Part shown: positions 33,267 to 40,335 of the stretch, in pieces | Position numbering within the stretch: the first letter of the stretch is position 1 | Layout: each line of letters opens with the position of its first letter | NCBI GenBank assembly: GCA_964590575.1 | Contig: CAZPWM010000021.1 | Coordinates: 1-40,335, forward strand | Direction: 5' to 3' | Origin: an uncultured archaeon | Lineage (GTDB): Archaea > Asgardarchaeota > Thorarchaeia > Thorarchaeales > Thorarchaeaceae | Length of the DNA stretch: 40,335 nt | Notes under the pieces: generated by a model | The model's input: the letters and a program-made list of their open reading frames with translations, nothing else | Told to the model about the DNA's origin: nothing | The model's database searches: none | Translations under genes and position numbers: made by a program

Positions 33267-35099
33267 ATGTGCGGCATCACTGGGATTGTTACAGAGGATA
33301 GTGACAATATAGGTGAGCTTCTTGTAAAATGCAGTAGTAAACTGACTTACAGGGGCTACGATAGCGTAGGTGTTGCGGCAGTTCGTAATGGAAAAGTTGA
33401 CCTTCGGAAAGATGTTGGCACAGTTAAGGAAGTAGACAAACTACTCGGACTTTCAGCAATGAAAGGTGATCGTGGAATCGCTCAGCTCAGATGGGCAACA
33501 TATGGTGCACCAACGAAAGCCAATGCTCAACCTCACTTTGGCTGCGAGGAGGTCTTCTACGGAGCACATAATGGAAATATCCACAACTATGTAGAGTACA
33601 AGCAAGAGCTACTAGATTCCGGTCACATTATCAGGTCCGAGAACGATGGTGAACTTTGCGTTCACGCTGTGGATAAGTACTATGAAGAAACTGGAAACAT
33701 GTTTGAGTCTGTGAGACTCTCCATTCAGGATCTTAAAGGTGCTTTTGCATATGCTGTTGGTCGGGCTGACGAAAAGGAAATCTACGCAGTCAAGATGGGT
33801 TCTTCTCTGGTAGCTGGTATTGCAGAAGGTGCAACTATTGTTTCAAGTGATCTCCCCTCAGTCCTTCCTCTCACAAACAATGTGATCTATCCAGCAGATG
33901 GTGAGATGTTGGTTCTGAGTCCTGATGATATCAAAGTTTATAGAATAGAAGATGGAAAGCAACTTGAAAGAATTCCACAAATTTCTAACGTTGATGCTCG
34001 AGCAGCAGAGAAGGGCGGCTATCCTCATTTCATGCTCAAGGAGATCAATGAACAACCGAAAGTTGCTCAAGATATAATTGGCATTCTTGAAAGTCCCAAG
34101 AATGAGAAATGGTTGAAACTCATTGAAGACGCCTCAAGGCACTACTTGGTTGCTTGTGGATCTTCATACAATGCAAGCATATTAGGGACCTACTATTTCA
34201 ATAGACTTGCTGGACTCCCGATGATACATGCACTCGGTGGTCAGTTCCAATCCATGTATGGTCAGACCATGGATGAAGGCAGTCTTTCCATTCTGGTGTC
34301 ACAGAGTGGTGAAACAAAAGACATTCTAAATGTCTTAAACCTGGTTAAAGCTGAGAGTTTTGGTAAGACCCTCGGGATCCTGAACGTCATTGGTAGTACT
34401 CTAATGTTTCAAGCAGACTCATACATACCTATGGCTTGCGGATATGAGGTATCAGTACCTGCCACAAAAACATACTACTCTCAGAGCATTATCTTTGCGT
34501 ACTTGGCTTCGAAACTAGGTGAACGAAATGGACACATAGACGCATCTGAAGCTAAAGCATTCATCAATAGACTCCGTGATGACCTGCCCACACTTACAGA
34601 AACTACTATCAATAGAACGGGGATTCTAGCAAGTAATTTGGCTCGGACAATGATGGATGTCAATGATTTGTATTGCCTTGGCTATGGTTTCACAGATGGT
34701 GTAGCCAAGGAAGGTGCACTCAAAATCAAGGAGATTTGTTACAATCACTGTGAGGGGATGTATTCATCAGAGTTCAAACATGGACCACTAAGTATTGTCA
34801 CGAAGAGATATCCTGTTATTTTTGTCACAACTACGGAAGATAGCTGGATGGTCATCAATCACATCAACGAAGTGAAGGCAAGACAGGGTCGTACAATTGT
34901 TGTTGGCGAGTTCGAGAAGACCCTTGAACCATATGTTGCCAACAAACACGACTATCTAGAAGTGCCAAAATCCGATGAGCTCATCAATCCAATCCTCGAT
35001 GTGATCCCACTTCAATTGCTAAGTTATTACCTCTCAGTTGATCTCGGTATCAATCCGGACCTTCCAAGAAATCTTTCAAAAACTCTTACAGTTGACTAG
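33267..35099 (+). CDS. glmS: Glutamine--fructose-6-phosphate transaminase (isomerizing)
   Basis: MCGI, YRGYDSVG, RWAT, HNG, HFMLKEI-EQP, SQSGET, VPATKT, EGALKIKEI, EFKHGP, PRNLSK. Confidence 0.96.
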   Translation: MCGITGIVTEDSDNIGELLVKCSSKLTYRGYDSVGVAAVRNGKVDLRKDVGTVKEVDKLLGLSAMKGDRGIAQLRWATYGAPTKANAQPHFGCEEVFYGAHNGNIHNYVEYKQELLDSGHIIRSENDGELCVHAVDKYYEETGNMFESVRLSIQDLKGAFAYAVGRADEKEIYAVKMGSSLVAGIAEGATIVSSDLPSVLPLTNNVIYPADGEMLVLSPDDIKVYRIEDGKQLERIPQISNVDARAAEKGGYPHFMLKEINEQPKVAQDIIGILESPKNEKWLKLIEDASRHYLVACGSSYNASILGTYYFNRLAGLPMIHALGGQFQSMYGQTMDEGSLSILVSQSGETKDILNVLNLVKAESFGKTLGILNVIGSTLMFQADSYIPMACGYEVSVPATKTYYSQSIIFAYLASKLGERNGHIDASEAKAFINRLRDDLPTLTETTINRTGILASNLARTMMDVNDLYCLGYGFTDGVAKEGALKIKEICYNHCEGMYSSEFKHGPLSIVTKRYPVIFVTTTEDSWMVINHINEVKARQGRTIVVGEFEKTLEPYVANKHDYLEVPKSDELINPILDVIPLQLLSYYLSVDLGINPDLPRNLSKTLTVD

Positions 35100-35105
35100 A
35101 TGGAT

Positions 35106-35504
35106 TCATTCTATCTCGCCACCTGACTCCCCTATTCTGTACGCTCTCATTGCAGAAGAGGTGACAGTTCCTGCATCAAAGCCATCACGAATGTTGCTTA
35201 ATTCATTCTCATCTAACTCCATTACATTGAGGAGTTCATGTTTATCATCCAACACCCATTGGCCGAAAACTGACAGACCGTTTTCTGTTTCGCACTCTAA
35301 GAGACCCATTCTACCTCCACTAGACCACCAACTTAGACACTTAACTGGATATCCGAACTCCTCAAGCATTTCTATCCAGAGTTTTTTCAGAAGGGTTGGC
35401 CCATGCTTATTGCGAAAAGCAATCAGGAAATATCCGGTTTTTCCAAGAAGTCCTTTGTTGATAGTATTTAGCTCTTCATCAGAGAATAGTTTCATAGAAC
35501 TCAA
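35106..35504 (-). CDS. Hypothetical protein
   Basis: 132-aa ORF with an ATG start that fills the gap between glmS and the RimK-family gene; no recognisable motif. Confidence 0.65.
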   Translation of the reverse strand: MSSMKLFSDEELNTINKGLLGKTGYFLIAFRNKHGPTLLKKLWIEMLEEFGYPVKCLSWWSSGGRMGLLECETENGLSVFGQWVLDDKHELLNVMELDENELSNIRDGFDAGTVTSSAMRAYRIGESGGEIE

Positions 35505-35575
35505 CTAATGAATTAAAATTGAGAGAACATAAAAGATAGTCGTTATGGATATCAATTAGTTATTTCTCAAATGGA

Positions 35576-36484
35576 GTGAGCATAGTGGGTCCAAAGTACG
35601 TATCGAAAGTTGGGCTCTTCTCTTCAGATCCCTGGTCTAGACGATCACAAAGCCTCGAAGAGTCCTTTCATCGATTGGGTGTGACCATAATTCCAGTCAT
35701 CCCATGGAAGGTAACAAGGATGGGTTCTACTAACAAGCATGAGATTACGATGAATGGTGAAGATCTCTCATCCCTAGACCTCCTTATTGTATTAGACCTA
35801 GGTGCAAATGATATCGGTGTCTTCTTCAATCGTGTGGGTCTACTATCCGCCCTGACAGAAATGGGTGTAGGTGTCATCAATTCTGTTTCTTCAATCCTTC
35901 TAATGAGAAATAAATCTGAAACTATGCGTCGTTTGGTATCTGCAGGACTTCCTGTTCCAAAGACACTAATCACCGAATCTATCGATGATGCAGCTGCTTT
36001 TGTCAAAAGACATTTTCCGTGTGTTCTAAAACCTATCACAGGATTTGGAGGCATAGGTGTCCAGCTTATTGAACGAGAATTTGATTTAGACAATATCTAT
36101 GACTACCTAAAATTCCACAGTCAGATGTTTGGAAAGGGTGCCTATCTGCTTCAGGAGTATGTGAAGAGTCCAGGATATGATATTCGCGCGTTAGTGCTTG
36201 ATGATGAAGTCATTTCGACTATGCAACGAGTAGGGGGAGAAGGAATTACGACAAACATCCACAGTGGAGGCGTTCCTAGAAAAAACACACTCGATGTAAC
36301 TGACCTCTCTTTGAAAGCTGCAAAGTCTGTAAAAGGACGATTGGTTGGTGTGGATATCATTCCAGACATGTATGGGAAATTATGGGTCCTAGAAACGAAT
36401 GCAACACCAGGATGGTCTGGTCTACAACAGGTCACTGATTTTGACATCTCAGAGAAGATTGCTGATTGTCTTGCAAGAGTATAG
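35576..36484 (+). CDS. RimK-family ATP-grasp alpha-L-glutamate ligase (RimK/MptN/CofF/LysX group)
   Basis: VINS, NK, GLPVPKT, VLKP-G-GG-GV, LQEYV, DIR-V, TNIHSGG, GVDI, LETNATPG. Confidence 0.9.
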   Translation: MSIVGPKYVSKVGLFSSDPWSRRSQSLEESFHRLGVTIIPVIPWKVTRMGSTNKHEITMNGEDLSSLDLLIVLDLGANDIGVFFNRVGLLSALTEMGVGVINSVSSILLMRNKSETMRRLVSAGLPVPKTLITESIDDAAAFVKRHFPCVLKPITGFGGIGVQLIEREFDLDNIYDYLKFHSQMFGKGAYLLQEYVKSPGYDIRALVLDDEVISTMQRVGGEGITTNIHSGGVPRKNTLDVTDLSLKAAKSVKGRLVGVDIIPDMYGKLWVLETNATPGWSGLQQVTDFDISEKIADCLARV

Positions 36485-36492
36485 TCGTTCCA

Positions 36493-36508
36493 TGCGAAAC
36501 CTTTTAAG
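36493..36508 (+). promoter_or_regulatory. Probable BRE/TATA promoter of the coiled-coil gene
   Basis: GCGAAACC-TTTTAAG matches the archaeal BRE-TATA layout, about 100 nt upstream of ATG 36606. Confidence 0.5.
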
Positions 36509-36605
36509 AAGGCATCTTGCGAAGAACGCCTATCGAAGCACCCTTCTGGGTGAACGAAATCCGTTCTGCAATGCAGAACTCGCAAAACGAAATTCTAAGG
36601 ACAGA

Positions 36606-37649
36606 ATGCCTTTGACTGAAGCTGCAGAAGCCAAACCTGAAGAAGTTGAATTTCTACGGACAAAGCTCCGTGAGTTCAAAATACAAGCTCGGGACGAACT
36701 TGAAGTTCTCAGACGCGACCGAGATCAAATGAGAGAATACAAGAATATACGCGACGAACATAACAAGGAAGTTAGAGCTCTAATCGAGTCGGTAAAAGCC
36801 GAGCGAGAAGAGCGCGACAGAATTAACAAGGAAATCTCTGAAGCGAAGAATCGCAGAACCGCAATTCATGCTCAATTGAAAAGTGTCTACGACGAAATTA
36901 GAGATCTTCGAAGCAATCTTGTTGGAAGTCCTTCCACTGATCAACGCCGAATGATGCGTCGTGTTGAAGAGCTTGAATGGCGACAACAAACCGATCAGCT
37001 CACTAAGGATGAAGAACTTTCTATAGTTGAGGAAATAGCTAAGATAGAATCAAAGCTTGTAAAAATTGGTATGGAGAAAGAAAAACAAGATCGAATTAGC
37101 GAGCTTCGCAGACTTGCAAGGAAGCTCAAGGAAGAGGCATCAGAGGCTCATGAGAAGGTCATTGAACTTTCAGAACAGTCACAGATACATCATCAAGAGG
37201 TCGTACGGATTCGTCCTCAACTCGAGGAATACAAGAAATCAGCTGATACTGCACACAAGAATTTCGTTGAGTGGCTTAAAAAAGTAAAAGACGGCGAGGA
37301 AAAACTAAAAGAATTCCGTACGCAAATTGATGAGATTCAGAGTAAGCTTAGAAAAGTCACAGTAGAGAAACGTGATATTGAACGTCAAGATCTCCGCGAC
37401 CAGCAACGAATCCAGACAAGAGAACGGACTGAGGAGGCAGTTGAGAAGCTCCAATCAGGCAAGAGACTTACTTTTGACGAGTTCATTCTTGCACAGCGGC
37501 AGGTGACCGACGATAAGAAACGGAAACCTAAGAAGCGGTCGAAGAAATCTGAAGAATCTGAATTTGCTGAGGAACTTGCTGATATCGGAACAGAACCTGA
37601 ACCAGACACAGCTTCTGAAGATACTATGGAGGATGACACCGAAGAGTAA
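36606..37649 (+). CDS. Archaeal coiled-coil protein (COG1340-like)
   Basis: Long heptad-rich helix with RDEHN, LEWRQQT-L-DEE-IV, ADTAHK-F and KLQSGKRLTFDEF; basic then acidic tail. Probable start ATG 36606. Confidence 0.85.
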   Translation: MPLTEAAEAKPEEVEFLRTKLREFKIQARDELEVLRRDRDQMREYKNIRDEHNKEVRALIESVKAEREERDRINKEISEAKNRRTAIHAQLKSVYDEIRDLRSNLVGSPSTDQRRMMRRVEELEWRQQTDQLTKDEELSIVEEIAKIESKLVKIGMEKEKQDRISELRRLARKLKEEASEAHEKVIELSEQSQIHHQEVVRIRPQLEEYKKSADTAHKNFVEWLKKVKDGEEKLKEFRTQIDEIQSKLRKVTVEKRDIERQDLRDQQRIQTRERTEEAVEKLQSGKRLTFDEFILAQRQVTDDKKRKPKKRSKKSEESEFAEELADIGTEPEPDTASEDTMEDDTEE

Positions 37650-37706
37650 TTCTCCCCGGTGGTAATCGTCACCACGTACTCATTGAGAAATAAGAGGTGA
37701 TTGTGA

Positions 37707-38966
37707 GTGAGCAGTCAAAGTCAGAGACCTGTAAGTCGTAGGTCCGCTACTACAGTGTTCTATTCACTGGCGTTGGGGTCAGGTGTAATGAGAACATTTT
37801 CTGTTGTGTTTGACATTGTTGCGCTCAATACTGTGAGTATTAATCCCCTTGGTTATGGGTTCCTTGCCCAATGGACAAGTTTCATCGTGACCTTTCTCAC
37901 AGTCATTGTTTTGAGTATTAAGTGGCCTAGTAACGGGAAAAAACGTGCTTTAGGCTATAGACTTGACCCAGACTTTGATAGATTTCGCCTCTTACCAAAA
38001 ACGCCAATGATCTATATTGGAGTGGCAGGATTCTTTGCAGGGATATCTACTCTATCCTACTACATTCTAGCAGGTTCTTCTAATGCTTCCACAGTTCTAC
38101 CGTATGGTCAGCTAGTAATAATCTATCTCCTGATAGGAGATTTGTTGGCTGAGAAAGATACACCAACAATCATTGAGATTCAATCAATTGTTTCGATTCT
38201 CTTTGGAGTTCTTTTAGTAGGAGCCACACCTGGTGGATTTGACGGAATTACGCTACTCTTGGTCCTAGGTCCAATGAACATATCATCCGCATGCGTTACA
38301 TATTATCAGAGAAAAACAAAGCGATATGAACTTCGACCAGGTCTAAAGGTAGATTCGCTGAATATGAGAATTTGGACTCTTCTTATACTGAATTCCGTGA
38401 TGAGCCTCCTTGCACTTCCTTTTATGAGCGAATCCATTTGGCAATCAATGGCTGTTGGATTTATCCCTCTTCTTGGATACATGGTTGGAGGTTCCATTAC
38501 TGCTTTCTTCGCAATTGTGATGTATGTCCGAGCACTTGGTAAAGGAAAAATGGCGGTTGTCAACTCTCTTTCCTCCATATCCGTTGTGCTTGGAATCCCT
38601 GTCACCGTGATTGGTAATTTACTGATACCTGGTGCATTCGGAGTAATAGATGCGGATACGTTCTTGTGGTTATTGAAACTTTTTGGTGTGATGCTTGTGA
38701 TGATTGGAGTCGTTGCATTAGAGGCTTCAGATGTTCGTTCACTCGTACTCATAAAGGTGAACCCAATGACTGGTGACCTGCTTCCTGCTTTATTTGATAT
38801 AAAGGGAGTTGAAAGGGTTGCAGCCCTTGCAGGAACTCACGATTACCTACTTCGTGTTAAGAGTAGAAATCTAGCAAAAACCCATTCCTTGATTCTGAAA
38901 AAGATTCAGGTGATTCAGGGAATTGGCGATATTGAAACCCTTGTGGTTATCAAAGAATATACTTGA
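37707..38966 (+). CDS. EamA/DMT-like membrane transporter fused to a C-terminal Lrp/AsnC ligand-binding (RAM) domain
   Basis: About 10 TMs in two repeats (YYIL-NASTV-P; YVRAL-GK-AVV-SL), then VLIKV-P...IKGVERV-LAG-HDYLLRV...I-IQGI-DIETLVV. Confidence 0.8.
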   Translation: MSSQSQRPVSRRSATTVFYSLALGSGVMRTFSVVFDIVALNTVSINPLGYGFLAQWTSFIVTFLTVIVLSIKWPSNGKKRALGYRLDPDFDRFRLLPKTPMIYIGVAGFFAGISTLSYYILAGSSNASTVLPYGQLVIIYLLIGDLLAEKDTPTIIEIQSIVSILFGVLLVGATPGGFDGITLLLVLGPMNISSACVTYYQRKTKRYELRPGLKVDSLNMRIWTLLILNSVMSLLALPFMSESIWQSMAVGFIPLLGYMVGGSITAFFAIVMYVRALGKGKMAVVNSLSSISVVLGIPVTVIGNLLIPGAFGVIDADTFLWLLKLFGVMLVMIGVVALEASDVRSLVLIKVNPMTGDLLPALFDIKGVERVAALAGTHDYLLRVKSRNLAKTHSLILKKIQVIQGIGDIETLVVIKEYT

Positions 38967-38978
38967 TAGAAAAAAGGA

Positions 38979-39239
38979 ATGAGAATGATGACAGAAAGAG
39001 TGTTTGCATATATTCTGATGGATATTGATCTTGGAATGACTGATGGAGTAGTTGAAGCACTTCAGAAAATCGATGAAGCTACATCAGTAGCAGTCACGAC
39101 TGGAGAGTACGATATTGTGGTGCTTCTCGAAACCACTAATCTGGAGGAACTCTATGAAATCACAGTCAACAAAATTCACAAGATACCAGGAATTAAGGAT
39201 ACACAAACTGCAGTGGTTGAGAAAATAATAACCGTGTAA
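38979..39239 (+). CDS. Stand-alone Lrp/AsnC ligand-binding domain protein (no HTH)
   Basis: AYILM...G...V...L...TTGEYDIVV...I-KIPGIKDTQT; about 83-86 aa. Confidence 0.9.
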   Translation: MRMMTERVFAYILMDIDLGMTDGVVEALQKIDEATSVAVTTGEYDIVVLLETTNLEELYEITVNKIHKIPGIKDTQTAVVEKIITV

Positions 39240-39315
39240 GGGATTGACTGATTTCAGTTGTTATTCCTCTGTAATCATGTTTTTATTTGACCGCGACACT
39301 ACGAGAGCAAGGAAC

Positions 39316-40266
39316 GTGGTTTACTTGGATGAAGTAGAAATCTCTGGACTTACGAAGAATTTTGGAGACCTAGTTGCGGTTGACCACATGGAGCTGAGCA
39401 TTCCTGCTGGTACCATCTTCGGGCTTCTTGGCCCAAACGGAGCTGGTAAGTCAACCACAACTCGACTATTGAGTACGCTGTTACGACCAACTGATGGGAC
39501 CGCTGTTGTAAACGGTTTTGATATCATTGAAGACCCCGTCCGTGTTCGTGAGATTACCGGGGTGCTCCCAGAAGAGAGTAACCACACAATTTACCCTTCA
39601 CTGACAGCATACGAGAACTTGCAGTACTTTGCCAGACTCTATGATGTACCCGAAAACGAGATTCCTGATCGAATTGAAGAACTTCTCAGCTTCATGGGTC
39701 TCTGGGACCGAAAAGATGACAAGGCTGGTGAGCTAAGTACCGGTAACCGACAACGAGTTGCGTTGTGTAGAGCAATACTTCATAGACCTAGAGTATTGCT
39801 TCTTGATGAGCCCACATCAGCTCTTGATCCTATTGCGGCAAAGCGCGTAAGAGAACTCATTCTTAGTCTATCTAAACAGTATAAACAGACATTCTTCATC
39901 AACTCTCACAATCTACCTGAGGTTCAGAGAGTCTGCGATCAAATTGCGATCATCGATAAAGGAAAGATTCTCCTTCATGGATCAACTCAGGAACTACGTT
40001 CGAAGTTACTAGCTAAGCAAAAGTTCAGGATTCGAATTGTTGGCGATATAGAGAAGGCAAGCTCAATCGCGAAGTCCATGAACTTTGTTGACGACATCGT
40101 GGGCGAAATTGATTCGATACTTGTAACTATTGAAGACCCAACGGAAAACAACTCTTCACTGATGCAATCCCTTCTTTCTGCGGGAATCAAGATAGTGGAA
40201 TTCGCTGAAGAAGAAGCATCACTTGAAGACCTCTATCTTGAGGTTGTAAAAGGAGGTTCTGAATAA
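39316..40266 (+). CDS. ABC transporter ATP-binding protein (DrrA/CcmA-like)
   Basis: Walker A GPNGAGKST, signature LSTGNRQ, Walker B LLLDEP, H-loop NSH, C-terminal SLEDLYL. Start GTG 39316 or TTG 39325. Confidence 0.93.
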   Translation: MVYLDEVEISGLTKNFGDLVAVDHMELSIPAGTIFGLLGPNGAGKSTTTRLLSTLLRPTDGTAVVNGFDIIEDPVRVREITGVLPEESNHTIYPSLTAYENLQYFARLYDVPENEIPDRIEELLSFMGLWDRKDDKAGELSTGNRQRVALCRAILHRPRVLLLDEPTSALDPIAAKRVRELILSLSKQYKQTFFINSHNLPEVQRVCDQIAIIDKGKILLHGSTQELRSKLLAKQKFRIRIVGDIEKASSIAKSMNFVDDIVGEIDSILVTIEDPTENNSSLMQSLLSAGIKIVEFAEEEASLEDLYLEVVKGGSE

Positions 40267-40335
40267 TGGCTTTGCACAAATCAATGCTTGTTGCCAGGAC
40301 AGACCTGAAGATGGCAATGCAAGTAGGTTATGTAA
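40266..40335 (+). CDS. Probable ABC permease, 5' fragment running off the window
   Basis: ATG overlaps the ATPase stop (TAATG) and follows GGAGG. MALHKSMLVARTDLKMAMQVGYV resembles ABC-2 permease N-termini. Confidence 0.6.
   Translation, partial: MALHKSMLVARTDLKMAMQVGYV

Noticed and set aside
35038-35508. 156-aa plus-strand ORF overlapping the end of glmS
   Set aside because: Ser/Pro-rich antisense shadow of the 132-aa minus-strand ORF, and it overlaps glmS.
36399-36605. N-terminal extension of the coiled-coil ORF
   Set aside because: It overlaps the RimK-family gene and a clear BRE/TATA; ATG 36606 is more plausible.
36606-37649. SMC, ESCRT-III or intermediate-filament-like cytoskeletal protein; NLS-like KKRKPKKRSKK
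   Set aside because: No ATPase motifs, and it matches the common archaeal COG1340 pattern. The basic patch is low-complexity tail sequence.
1-40335. CRISPR arrays, IS elements, integrases, rRNA/tRNA, selenocysteine or pyrrolysine readthrough
   Set aside because: I saw no spaced repeats, transposase or integrase motifs, RNA gene signatures, or genes split by an in-frame stop. This was by eye only; tRNAscan and Infernal were not run.

Overview
Gene-dense archaeal window with about 43 CDS. I found no rRNA, tRNA, CRISPR array or transposase. The gene content (two roadblock/LC7 genes, a Site-1-protease-like subtilase, a Mer-like LLM enzyme, tungsten AOR, a COG1340-type coiled coil, archaeal TATA boxes and GAGGTG-type ribosome-binding sites) suggests an Asgard archaeon, probably Thorarchaeia; this is inference, not a database result. 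The left part (1-18.5 kb) is an anaerobic catabolic island: URO-D/MtaA-type methyltransferase, a GlcD/GlcF-like pair, MoaD/SAMP, APC permease, two DUF917 paralogues flanking a divergent metallophosphoesterase / nucleotidyltransferase pair, hydantoin racemase, MFS, LLM oxidoreductase and AOR with its ferredoxin-like subunit. The right part (18.7-40.3 kb) mixes housekeeping genes (DegT, HAD, AlkA, glmS, RimK family, ABC) with a proteolysis/signalling cluster: a CPBP intramembrane protease head-to-head with a prodomain-less S1P/MBTPS1-like subtilase, single and tandem roadblock proteins, an orphan BMP sensor and a double-wHTH regulator. Other highlights are a cytoplasmic gingipain-like (C25) protease, an EamA-Lrp/AsnC fusion with a stand-alone partner domain, a catalytically degenerate HTH-Mrr protein, an uncalled 37-aa microprotein with two NPF motifs, and several hairpin-type terminators. 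All family calls come from reading motifs by eye; no searches were run.
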